Shown piece after piece: positions 46,939 to 55,754 of a stretch of 56,417 bases of DNA (position 1 is its first letter; the number at the start of each line of letters is the position of its first letter). Source of the DNA: a virus (Duplodnaviria; Caudoviricetes); the IMG/VR virus record IMGVR_UViG_3300049783_000966, positions 1-56,417 of that record, one strand, 5' to 3'. The notes beneath the pieces are model-generated. The model was not told the origin of the DNA and searched no databases. It was given only the letters and a program-made list of their open reading frames with translations. The translations under genes and the position numbers were made by a program.

Positions 46939-48045
46939 TTATGTGACCGGTGCGGCCGCTGTATCAACTGCCATGACACCAAAGTCAGAACCGATTCCAG
47001 CTTGGTTTTTGTAGCGCGTCTTCTTCACACCGCAAATCATACCAGCCGCAATGGACACTTGGTTTTCATAGTCTGTGGACTCTTCGACCCATGACATACG
47101 GGAAGACGAACCACGTCCGTAGGCTTTGACACCGGCTTGACGCCCAAGGAACAACGCGCGGGATACGTTGACGTTACCGCCTGCACCATAGTCAGAGAAC
47201 CGGCGAATGTTGTTGTGCGAGTGCAGCGAGACGTTGCCGATTGTGCCCATTTGATCTGTAAAGATCGGGTTGTCGGATCCGCGAGAACCCGCGGCCTTTT
47301 GGATTTCAAGCCAATCGCCTGCGGCACCGCTTGTGCGGAGGTCATGCTTTTGCCAATCGTTCATCAGCATAACAAAGTGGCTTTTTGCGCCATCTTTGAT
47401 GGGCTGCATGTTTACAACATCAGGGTTCGTAGCGTTGAGCATGCCGACCTTGGCAATAACCCGTTCGATCAGCGCAACGGACATTTTATCCGCGGCAGCA
47501 AGATCAGCTTTTGAAGTTGCATCGCCGCCATATGTGATGTGGGCTGCGTCGGGTGCTTCGATTGGGTTGCCAGCAAAGTTTGCTTCGGTGAAGATTTTGT
47601 CTTCATTTTCCGCGTTGTTGCCCAAATCGCCGGACAGATAGCAGAATGTCGCGTCATCGTCCCATTCAGCCATATAGTCGCCGGTACGGTCGCGCATCAG
47701 CTTGCGCATATCGTGGATTGTGCGCTGACGGGACATCCGACCACCACCAGAACCGGGCTTACGGACTTGGTCGATCTTGATTTCGTCTTGCAGGAACGTG
47801 AGGGCTTCTTCATTTCCTTCGGCGCGGTTGTCGCCATAGACCGGCTTCTCACGGAAACGCATGTTCAGGTCAAAGAAGATCGTGTCGCCTGCGTCTTTGG
47901 TCAGGTCGACCTTTTCTTGAATGATCGCGTTTTCGGAGGTGTTGGTGAATTTTTTGAAGTACGACTTCTTTGCCATGTCGATGGCAAGGGCGGTCGCCCA
48001 CTTCTTCTGGTTTTGGGCCGATGCGTTGGTAATGCGGGATTCCAT
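46939..48045 (-). CDS. Major capsid protein, N4-gp56 family
   Basis: L.KDAGD.I.FDL...GDNR.EG.EE.L....IDQVR...GG.MS.QRT.HD.R; C-terminal DFGV..VDT. Confidence 0.92.
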   Translation of the reverse strand: MESRITNASAQNQKKWATALAIDMAKKSYFKKFTNTSENAIIQEKVDLTKDAGDTIFFDLNMRFREKPVYGDNRAEGNEEALTFLQDEIKIDQVRKPGSGGGRMSRQRTIHDMRKLMRDRTGDYMAEWDDDATFCYLSGDLGNNAENEDKIFTEANFAGNPIEAPDAAHITYGGDATSKADLAAADKMSVALIERVIAKVGMLNATNPDVVNMQPIKDGAKSHFVMLMNDWQKHDLRTSGAAGDWLEIQKAAGSRGSDNPIFTDQMGTIGNVSLHSHNNIRRFSDYGAGGNVNVSRALFLGRQAGVKAYGRGSSSRMSWVEESTDYENQVSIAAGMICGVKKTRYKNQAGIGSDFGVMAVDTAAAPVT

Positions 48046-48075
48046 GGTTGTGCGTCCTTTGGAAGTAACAAATAT

Positions 48076-48090
48076 CGGCACTTCCTGCGC
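48076..48090 (-). promoter_or_regulatory. GGA-loop hairpin (CsrA-site-like) in the MCP leader
   Basis: mRNA GCGC-AGGAA-GUGC-CG, upstream of the AAGGA RBS. Confidence 0.6.
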
Positions 48091-48103
48091 ACTATGTGCT
48101 GAA

Positions 48104-48134
48104 CGTTTACCGCACATTGCGGCAATCGTGCAAG
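48104..48134 (-). promoter_or_regulatory. Putative late promoter CTTG...GTGCGGTAAAC upstream of the MCP
   Basis: TTGCAC-18-TAAACG; 11-mer shared with the DarB upstream region. Confidence 0.55.
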
Positions 48135-48136
48135 CC

Positions 48137-48427
48137 CTACGATAAAATACCCTTTTGAACAGCGATAGGGACACTTCGGGCGACGTCGACCATTATAACC
48201 AAACTCGACGTTGGGTTTGCTTCCTTCAAGAAGATTTTCCCAACATCTATTGATATTTCCACAAGGTCATTGATGTAGAGAGGCAAGGGAATCTTGCGCA
48301 CGACTTGATTGTGCCTCTCAACCGTCAACACAGCTGCATCAATGGAAAACACCATCGCTGCATCCCCAATCTGTATGACGAGGGGTTGGTCTATGATCCG
48401 GCTAAGAGGCGACTTGTGAACGAACAT
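48137..48427 (-). CDS. CsrA-like (carbon storage regulator fold) protein, apparently a tandem single-chain form
   Basis: LSR.I.Q.L.I.IGD resembles the CsrA N-terminus; C-terminal L.I.VDVARSVPI resembles VRIGVNAPKEVSV; scaffold-CsrA-MCP synteny as in Bcep22-like phages. Confidence 0.55.
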   Translation of the reverse strand: MFVHKSPLSRIIDQPLVIQIGDAAMVFSIDAAVLTVERHNQVVRKIPLPLYINDLVEISIDVGKIFLKEANPTSSLVIMVDVARSVPIAVQKGILS

Positions 48428-48445
48428 CCCGCGAAGATTCCCTGT

Positions 48446-49405
48446 TTAATCGCGCAAGTAGGCGTCTCGTTCGGCTTCCGACATACTCGCCATTGCTGCT
48501 TCTGCACTGTAAAGTTCTTGGGTGTTCGTCACGTTGGTGACTGCCTTGTCAATCGCGCCGAACCGGCTGTCATTTGGGCTGTTCAAATCGGCGGCCGGCG
48601 CTGTTTTCAACGTGGTGGGTGCGCCCGGTCTTGGTTCTGTGCTGACCTTCAATTTGCCTTCATCAGGATCGACTGGCGGTATCACTGGTGCTGCGCCTGT
48701 CAAAGGGATCCCCATGGCGTCTGCGGTGATTTTATAACGCTCATAGGCCAGCTTTATGTTTTGATCCATGTCACGGCGTGGAAATTGCGTATTAACGGCA
48801 CGCAGTTCAGCGTCCCAGCCTGCGTTGTGTTCAGCGGTTTGTAGGGCTGGGTTGATTGCGTGGAAGTTGTCCAGCTTTCCATACCATTGATCAGCTATGG
48901 CGTTCTGGCTTTGTTGCCGCATAGCATTGGCGGATTCAATGACAACGCGCGAATTCACAATCGTTTTATCAACATCCATTAGGCGTGTTGTGAATTCTTC
49001 GTCATCGATGTCGCCTGCCTTATATTCGTCCATCACAGCCTTCTTGGCAGCTTCGGCGGCAGTTAGTTCTTGCTGCGCTTTTGTGGTGTCGGGGATCTGC
49101 TCTTGTTTTGCCACTGGCGCAGGTTGGGCGGCTTCAATAGCTGCGGCATCTTCATCAGCCTTTGCTTGTTTGACGGATGCTTCTTCGGCTGCCGCTGCAT
49201 CTGTGATGGCCTGTTGATCGGCAATAATGGCATCGCGCTCGTCTTCCGGCAGCGCTTCAAGATCTTCAAGCGTGAATTCTTCCGGCAAGCCATCAGCATC
49301 CAGCGCGCGTTCTGGCGTTTCGACTTCGGGTGTTTCTACCGCGACATTAACGGCAGCATCTTTGTCTTCTTCTGTGATGGCGGCATCTGGGTTTGCAGTG
49401 TTCAT
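48446..49405 (-). CDS. Capsid scaffolding protein
   Basis: Acidic, helical, between portal and MCP; C-terminal MSEAERDAYL. Confidence 0.75.
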   Translation of the reverse strand: MNTANPDAAITEEDKDAAVNVAVETPEVETPERALDADGLPEEFTLEDLEALPEDERDAIIADQQAITDAAAAEEASVKQAKADEDAAAIEAAQPAPVAKQEQIPDTTKAQQELTAAEAAKKAVMDEYKAGDIDDEEFTTRLMDVDKTIVNSRVVIESANAMRQQSQNAIADQWYGKLDNFHAINPALQTAEHNAGWDAELRAVNTQFPRRDMDQNIKLAYERYKITADAMGIPLTGAAPVIPPVDPDEGKLKVSTEPRPGAPTTLKTAPAADLNSPNDSRFGAIDKAVTNVTNTQELYSAEAAMASMSEAERDAYLRD

Positions 49406-49417
49406 GGCGAGGGTTCC

Positions 49418-51751
49418 TTAGTTCATTGGGGGTTGTGGGGGCATCGCGTCTGGCGCTGCTTCTGGGTTTGGCTGTGGCTGTGGTTGCGGTTGTTGTTGTG
49501 TGGCCGGATCGCCGGGGGGCAGGGCGTTAGGATCTGCCATTGGTGGGCCGCCCTGTGGCTTGGTGGCGTTCAATCGTTGTTGAATCGCTGTTGCCATAAT
49601 TTGGTCGGCTGTCGCGGCAGCGTTGGGCACACCCATAAGTGAAATTGATGTTTCAATCGCGCTCTGGATGTTGGCGAGGTAGAGCCCATCCATTTCAGCC
49701 TCGCTAAGTTTGGCTTGAGCCATAGCGCGCATGCCTTCGCCTTGGGCTTTATTGGCTTTGCCCTCTTTTTCGGCTTTGTCTGCCATTGCCATTGACTGCT
49801 CGAACTCCGCCTTTGCCGCTTTTGACTTCTCCAGTGCCAACGTTTCTTCGTCGGGATTGTTTGGATCGGCGTCGGGATCTGCAACACCAGTGATTTGGCG
49901 GATGCGTTTGACAATTTCATCTTGCTTGGGAATATCCATGGCTTCGATAACCAAGTCAGCAATCTGCATAGCAAACATTGGGTTGGCCTGACCAATGACG
50001 CCAACAAGGGCGACAAGCTGTTCAACGGCTGCCTGTCGGTGTGTTGCGCGGTAGTCTTCCTCGGATACGATAAAGTCTGCCTTGGTGAGGCCAATGAAGT
50101 TGTTCTCTTCGCCGTCAATGCTGTCGTCGTTGATCCCCACATACTCGGGATTTCCGCGCTTATTGGTGATCCTAAAATTCTTCTTCTCGGTGAAGAACTG
50201 CTCGACGTTGGATAGAACCTTTTCGCCGTGGATCTTGCGGCAAAAACGCAGGTTTTCAAAGAAAGTGTTCGTTGTCAGTTGGCCTTGATCTTGTCGGGCA
50301 GTGATGGCCTTACCGGATGTGGCGTTGGATGACCGGCCCATATTTTCATTGGTAACGCCAGATGTCTGCTCAATCATGGAAATACCGCGCGACATCGCAT
50401 CACTTTGCGCGTTGGCCAGTGCTAGATCAGTCGTGGTTTGCGGCGCTTGTGAGCCCTCATTGTAAACGATGTACGCATCAGGTCGCAGAACTTCCTCACG
50501 CATCGCTTCGTGATCGTCGGTGGCGTTTTTGGAAATTACAGTCTTTTGCGCGGACAGGTGCCAAAGAGCCTTGCTGGCGCGCTTGTTAATATCGATCTGG
50601 ATACTTCGCACGCCACGGATCATTCCATAAGGGAAACCTGTTTCAGCATCACGATATCCCCACATAGGTGTGAAGGGGAAACGGTTGTGGCGATATGGGC
50701 TTTCAGTATCGATCAGCAAGCCCTGTTCACACATGATAGCGACGCGCACACGCTCCTTGACCTTACTGGCGATGGTTGCGCGGCCTTCGTTGATTTCTGC
50801 AACGTGGCCTTCTGACCATTTGTCGAAGATTTCGCCTGTAAAGTCACCTCCACGTAGAAATTCCGTTTCCTCCGGGACACGATACCAGACCTCAATCAAC
50901 CGAACGCGTTTCCGGCTAGACATTTCGGAATAGAGTGACGAGCCAGCAAAGTCGTTGATTGCCATTTCCTGCGCGTCCATAGCGTCATCGCCTGACTGCG
51001 ACGTTGCGTGGCGGGACTCATATGTGGTTTCGACGGATTGGCGTATGACTTCCGCGCGGTGTGGGAACATTGTGATAGCGCGATCAAGATCCAGCCACTT
51101 GGGGCGGAACATATAACGGCCATCTGATAGATCCCATTCCGTGGCTGCGGAATCATAGATGATATTGCGCCAGCTTTCGTGCCGCTCAAATACAATCTCG
51201 CGTCCATCTTCCGGATCCTGCACACCAGTTTCCATCCAAGACAGACCTGCTTTGACCTGCTCCCCGAATGATCGGCTTTCATGCATGGGGCGGTGACAGA
51301 CATCCGATAGATATTTCATCAACTCGGTCTTGCGTTCTGCCTGTGCCAGCCCTTCCTTGCGTCGTGGAAGGATTGAATAGTCCATGGGCTTCTGACGTTG
51401 AGAACCAAGGATCCAGTTAACGGACGTGAATGTGACGTTGTAGACCAATGGGACCTGACCACGCGATTCAAGGACGGCGATATCGGCTTCGTCCCATTGT
51501 TTGTGATCGTAGATTGCCTCGTCAGTCGCCATTTCCATCCGTGGGATGTAGTGAACATTCAATTCGCGCTGATAGTGCCCCATGAGGTTGCGGTGAACCG
51601 CCATCATGCTTTGGCTGTCGAGAGGATCTGGTTCTTCGTCTTCCTCGGGCTCCTTGCCCCATCCAGCATAGGAATCGCCGGGAACCTCGGACGAATGCTT
51701 GCGAAAAGCATCTTCGGGGCGGGTGTATTCGTCTTCTTCTCGCTCAAACAT
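49418..51751 (-). CDS. Portal protein (P22-like; alternative start at 51787)
   Basis: YD..QW......L..RGQ.PL.YN; SPY.HNRFPFTP.W; PYG.IR...Q.D.NKR.SK; SG.AI.ARQ.QG. Confidence 0.92.
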   Translation of the reverse strand: MFEREEDEYTRPEDAFRKHSSEVPGDSYAGWGKEPEEDEEPDPLDSQSMMAVHRNLMGHYQRELNVHYIPRMEMATDEAIYDHKQWDEADIAVLESRGQVPLVYNVTFTSVNWILGSQRQKPMDYSILPRRKEGLAQAERKTELMKYLSDVCHRPMHESRSFGEQVKAGLSWMETGVQDPEDGREIVFERHESWRNIIYDSAATEWDLSDGRYMFRPKWLDLDRAITMFPHRAEVIRQSVETTYESRHATSQSGDDAMDAQEMAINDFAGSSLYSEMSSRKRVRLIEVWYRVPEETEFLRGGDFTGEIFDKWSEGHVAEINEGRATIASKVKERVRVAIMCEQGLLIDTESPYRHNRFPFTPMWGYRDAETGFPYGMIRGVRSIQIDINKRASKALWHLSAQKTVISKNATDDHEAMREEVLRPDAYIVYNEGSQAPQTTTDLALANAQSDAMSRGISMIEQTSGVTNENMGRSSNATSGKAITARQDQGQLTTNTFFENLRFCRKIHGEKVLSNVEQFFTEKKNFRITNKRGNPEYVGINDDSIDGEENNFIGLTKADFIVSEEDYRATHRQAAVEQLVALVGVIGQANPMFAMQIADLVIEAMDIPKQDEIVKRIRQITGVADPDADPNNPDEETLALEKSKAAKAEFEQSMAMADKAEKEGKANKAQGEGMRAMAQAKLSEAEMDGLYLANIQSAIETSISLMGVPNAAATADQIMATAIQQRLNATKPQGGPPMADPNALPPGDPATQQQPQPQPQPNPEAAPDAMPPQPPMN

Positions 51752-52196
51752 CGTCCCAAATATCCCTCTGTTCGACAATTTTGCCATGTAGGCTCTTTGT
51801 CATATGGCCAGTTATTGAGAGGGGGCGTTTAGGCGCCGGTGGCATTCGTATTAAGTCGTCTAAGCGTGATCTTACAACTGACATAATTTGAAATATGTCG
51901 TCGTTATTCCCTTGGTTCTTACCCAAGTAGGGGCAAAAGTCTATCGCCAACAATGCGGCTTCGTATTCGTTACCGGTTTCTTCGGCCCATTTCCATGCGG
52001 ATGACAAGGGCACAACACAGGGTGTGACTTCTGCAAGCGATCGATGCGCGGGAACCAGCACAAGGCACGGATCGTTGTTTCCGATAAACAGCCACGTACC
52101 AATAACGCGGATGTCTCCAATCTTGTGATCGAAGTGCATATACATCAAATCGAGCGCTGGGCGTTCTTTGACTGGTGTGAATGATGTTGGTGTCAT
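51744..52196 (-). CDS. Hypothetical protein between TerL and portal
   Basis: Coupled to both neighbours; PCLVL...VVPLSSAW...L.DLI.MPP. Confidence 0.75.
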   Translation of the reverse strand: MTPTSFTPVKERPALDLMYMHFDHKIGDIRVIGTWLFIGNNDPCLVLVPAHRSLAEVTPCVVPLSSAWKWAEETGNEYEAALLAIDFCPYLGKNQGNNDDIFQIMSVVRSRLDDLIRMPPAPKRPLSITGHMTKSLHGKIVEQRDIWDDV

Positions 52197-53794
52197 GCGA
52201 CGAGTCCTGACCTTCTGTTTTTGGTGCGGCTGCTTATTGTCTTGCTGGCAGCTTTGTATCCCTGCGCCTTTTGGCGAAGTGCATCTGTTGCGTGGCTTGC
52301 GTCGTCGTGGCGTGGCACGTTTGTCCACGTTTGAAGACGGATGTTGTATTCGCGCGTGTAGTTTTCGACGTGTTTCAGACCTTCCTTGGTGGTCTCTTCG
52401 TTGAAACAGTAGGTTGCGAAGTCGTTCCGCATCAGGTCGATGCCATGTTGGATGGTGGACACGCGCGGGACCAGCTGCCAATCCCATGACGGCTTTGCTT
52501 CTCGCAGTTGCGATAAAAGAGACCGGACGTCCTCAATACCTTGGCGTTGTTGTGCCGCATCGTGTGGTAGGTACATCGTGCCGACACTGACCTGTAACGT
52601 GTCGATCCAGTTTATGAAGGCTACGAAGCCCTCTCCGGCTGCTTCACGATAATTTATGAAGTGATCCATTGAATTGACGGATTGGTGAAGCCAGCACACA
52701 CAGGTATCGCTTGCTCCAATATCCCAGAAACCGTTGACGGGCAGTCCGGGGCGATGGGGGAACATTCCGATACGATTTTCGCGACGCGCGGCAGCAATAA
52801 CATGGTGCATGTATTTGCCTTCGTTTCCGCTTTTCCAACATTCCTCGGGCGTCGACGGATATTCACGCCACATCAGTTCAGGTTCTACGCCAAAGTCTTC
52901 GTCGCGCTTATTAACGTACCAAGCGCGCTGTTCCAGATCGATGGCAACGTCCATCACACCTTCAATCAGGTTGAAGTATTTGTGATCGGCAGGGGATATC
53001 ACGACGCCATCCGGATCCATGCGATACGCCGGATCCATCCACCACGCGTAAAAGTGGAATTTGTAGTCTGCGATGGTCAGTTGTTTGTTTGACTTGTGCT
53101 TTGCCTCTGCGCGGCGTGCCATATCGTAGAAATATCCGGACTGACCTTCCGCGGTGGATTCGATGAACACAAATCCGTCACTTGGCACTGCTTGTAGCGA
53201 ACCGGTGGTTAACTCTTTCGCTTTATCGGGGTGATTTGCTGCAATCTTGCCCATTTCTGACACGTGCAGAAAGTGAACGGTGCCAGATCTTGCAGAGGTA
53301 ACAACGCGGATCTGTGAATTGTTGTGCTTGAATATCAGTTCGGACTGAGTGTCCTTTTTCAGTGGCATAACCTTGAGCAGGAACGTGGGAAGGCGTTCAT
53401 ATGCATACATGATCTTATCGCGGAACAGTTCGCCGGCCGCTAAGAGATCCTGTGCGATAACCACTACGTTCCGGTCTTCGTTGAACAGGGCAAAATCAAG
53501 CGCAAGTATTTCAATCAGTGTTGAAAACCCCATTTGGCGGGCTTTTAGGATCAGGTTTCGCCCATGCGCCTCCGCTAAGAACTTTCGCTGGGCAAGGTTG
53601 GGGGTGAATGGCTGTTCAAGTGAAACCTCTGCGCTGTCTTCTGTGGCGGCAGCTATCTTCACTTTGATTTTGTAAAGTCTGCCGGACGTGATGCGCCAGT
53701 ACCAATCATCGAGATTCCGTAGAACCTCTGCATCCTCTGGGTTGATGTCCAGCGCCTCTAGGGCTGCAATGGTTTGGGATAGACTATCGCTCAC
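52193..53794 (-). CDS. terL: Terminase large subunit
   Basis: ILKARQMGFST Walker A, LHVSE Walker B, ESTA motif, WDIG..D nuclease, HD.ASH..DA. Confidence 0.95.
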   Translation of the reverse strand: MSDSLSQTIAALEALDINPEDAEVLRNLDDWYWRITSGRLYKIKVKIAAATEDSAEVSLEQPFTPNLAQRKFLAEAHGRNLILKARQMGFSTLIEILALDFALFNEDRNVVVIAQDLLAAGELFRDKIMYAYERLPTFLLKVMPLKKDTQSELIFKHNNSQIRVVTSARSGTVHFLHVSEMGKIAANHPDKAKELTTGSLQAVPSDGFVFIESTAEGQSGYFYDMARRAEAKHKSNKQLTIADYKFHFYAWWMDPAYRMDPDGVVISPADHKYFNLIEGVMDVAIDLEQRAWYVNKRDEDFGVEPELMWREYPSTPEECWKSGNEGKYMHHVIAAARRENRIGMFPHRPGLPVNGFWDIGASDTCVCWLHQSVNSMDHFINYREAAGEGFVAFINWIDTLQVSVGTMYLPHDAAQQRQGIEDVRSLLSQLREAKPSWDWQLVPRVSTIQHGIDLMRNDFATYCFNEETTKEGLKHVENYTREYNIRLQTWTNVPRHDDASHATDALRQKAQGYKAASKTISSRTKNRRSGLVA

Positions 53795-54210
53795 GAGGAT
53801 ATCACGCGACTGACATCAAGGGCGGCTTCCCATTGGAATTGGTGTTCGGGTGTCTCGTCTAGGTGGTCTGAAATATAGATCGACATCCTTGCGCTTAAAA
53901 TTGCATGCAGGATTGATCTTGGATCAAGGAATTCTCGGAATAGTGACACAGTCAGGAAGTCGTTGGGGCGGTTGCTGTCTTCCATCCGCACTACCAGCAT
54001 GTCGGCAATCCATGGCTTGGGCGGCACCACTGCGAAAGCTGCATACGCGATCAGGCCATCAATTAGGCTTAGGTGGGGGCTGTTCGTCCGTTCCATGTTA
54101 TCGCGCGCGCCAGCCAGTGTCATGTTCACGTGATCTAAAAGCGAGACTTGCGGTTGTCCCAAGTGTCCTGTCGGGTTTGAAATTAACGGATTGGACGGAA
54201 TAAGTGTCAT
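53791..54210 (-). CDS. Hypothetical protein
   Basis: Coupled ORF between TerS and TerL. Confidence 0.65.
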   Translation of the reverse strand: MTLIPSNPLISNPTGHLGQPQVSLLDHVNMTLAGARDNMERTNSPHLSLIDGLIAYAAFAVVPPKPWIADMLVVRMEDSNRPNDFLTVSLFREFLDPRSILHAILSARMSIYISDHLDETPEHQFQWEAALDVSRVISS

Positions 54211-54962
54211 TCTACGACACCGTCTTGCAATCGCTTGTCTCCGAATGCCGGAGGCGATCCTTTCTTTCCCAAATCTTTCAGGAAGTTGGCGAACACGGTG
54301 GATATTTCATCACCAGGCTTTCGTTCATCGTCAAAGACGCCAAGGAATCGCGCGACTTGGTCGAGTGCATGCGTTTGGTCGTGGGTTTTGATTTCGATGC
54401 CATGCTGGGTCTGTTTTACGCCTGCATATAGCGCGCGTGAGGCAGGTGGCAGCTTGTTTGTATCCTTGAGCACAGTGAAGCTATCTCCACGTCCGTCACA
54501 GCGCTGACAGGTTGCGCAAGGATCGCCTTTGCGTCTGTATCCATATCCACCTTCGTTGGTTGGTTCATCGAAAGATGCGCGCTTTGCTTCGGGGATCTGT
54601 CGCCAGCTTTGGTGTGTCTCTTCAAACTCCGCCTTGGTGCGCCAATGGTACTGGCCTTTCTTGCCATAGCAGAACCGGCAGGGGGCGACTTCAAGGCTCA
54701 TGATGTCGTTAATGTCGGCTGTGGCGATCATCAGGTATCGGGAAGCGACATCCGCCACGGATATCATCGCAATCTCCATAGCCTTTTTGGTTAACTCTGC
54801 GATGCGGGATTTGACCATCGGCTCCTTCATCATCTTGTTCCCGTGAGTGCTTGCAGATGCCTTCGCATATCCGGCGCGTACCGCTGCCTTAGCAATGCTG
54901 CGGTCCTTCATATATTCGACGCAAAACGCGTCTTTTTTTGCTGAAAGTTTGCCTGTGGCCAC
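54207..54962 (-). CDS. terS: Terminase small subunit
   Basis: LSAKKDAFCVEY......AAVRAGYA; C..C.G zinc insert; LYAGVKQT..GIE; GTG start at 54962. Confidence 0.88.
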   Translation of the reverse strand: MATGKLSAKKDAFCVEYMKDRSIAKAAVRAGYAKASASTHGNKMMKEPMVKSRIAELTKKAMEIAMISVADVASRYLMIATADINDIMSLEVAPCRFCYGKKGQYHWRTKAEFEETHQSWRQIPEAKRASFDEPTNEGGYGYRRKGDPCATCQRCDGRGDSFTVLKDTNKLPPASRALYAGVKQTQHGIEIKTHDQTHALDQVARFLGVFDDERKPGDEISTVFANFLKDLGKKGSPPAFGDKRLQDGVVE

Positions 54963-55089
54963 GGTTCTAGCTTCCTGCCGGATGTGCGTTACGCGTCCAC
55001 ACTTCTGGTTTTTTTGATAACAGGTCAAGATTATTCGAGTTTGTTTGATAATCACGGCCATTATTTTGATCAATTGGCCCGATTTTACC

Positions 55090-55137
55090 TTGTATGTGTA
55101 ACGTTTTGTTACTATCCTATATGAACAGGCCAAGAAT
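55090..55137 (+). promoter_or_regulatory. Early promoter TTGTAT-17-TATCCT with a GTAAC-N5-GTTAC palindrome and a LexA-like GAAC-N7-GAAT site at the start site
   Basis: Read directly at 55090-55118 and 55123-55137. Confidence 0.55.
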
Positions 55138-55165
55138 TTTGGCAAAGCCACGCAAGGATCAGACG

Positions 55166-55522
55166 ATGAAAACTCAATATCCAAATCTTTTTAGCGCGAC
55201 CGAGGCAGCTATCATTTCCAAAGTTCAGGAATGGTTTTTGAGCCAGACTGACACGAGGTACGCAATTCGTGTTTTCGACGGCGAAGAAACATCCTGCCAG
55301 ATAACGCGCAACGTTGTTGAAATTAACGCTGCGGTCGCGATCACTGATGAAACATCATTTGTGATTTACGAGGAACGCGGTGAGCGGATTGGTTCAATCC
55401 TCTTCATTCATGGAAATGAAGGTGATGTTTTGTCCGATTTTGGTTGGGACAAAAACAACGCGAAGGCGGCAGAAACCATGGATGCAATGTGGACATCCAT
55501 TCAATCAGAGTTGGATCTGTAA
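55166..55522 (+). CDS. Hypothetical early protein
   Basis: AAGGA RBS; G.I.FI.GN..DV.SD motif. Confidence 0.75.
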   Translation: MKTQYPNLFSATEAAIISKVQEWFLSQTDTRYAIRVFDGEETSCQITRNVVEINAAVAITDETSFVIYEERGERIGSILFIHGNEGDVLSDFGWDKNNAKAAETMDAMWTSIQSELDL

Positions 55523-55523
55523 A

Positions 55524-55754
55524 ATGACAAACCAAAACACCAAATTTTTCTATGTCACAGCGATTGAGGGCGACAGCGTCTTCTATCTCGCCGGACCTTA
55601 CGTTGATCACCAAGTGGCTCTGGCCCGCGTTAGCGCTGCCGAGCGCTCCGCGAATGATCCTACATTGAATACCAATTGGGCCCGCGCGGCCTTCATGTCT
55701 TTCGGCACAGTCGGATCCAAGATCCGCAAAGCCACTGCATTGGGAGTAATCTAA
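55524..55754 (+). CDS. Hypothetical early protein
   Basis: FYVTAI.G....YLAGPY..H..AL motif. Confidence 0.7.
   Translation: MTNQNTKFFYVTAIEGDSVFYLAGPYVDHQVALARVSAAERSANDPTLNTNWARAAFMSFGTVGSKIRKATALGVI

Noticed and set aside
55030-55070. ATAAT-N7-ATTAT inverted repeat as a dif/Xer site or attP
   Set aside because: Spacer and arms do not fit the 11-6-11 dif consensus; more likely part of the divergent promoter region
54963-55184. N-terminal extension of TerS, and similar extensions of the MCP (48046-48174) and the 52197-52487 ORF
   Set aside because: They run through promoter/leader regions or overlap TerL; downstream starts have an RBS or translational coupling
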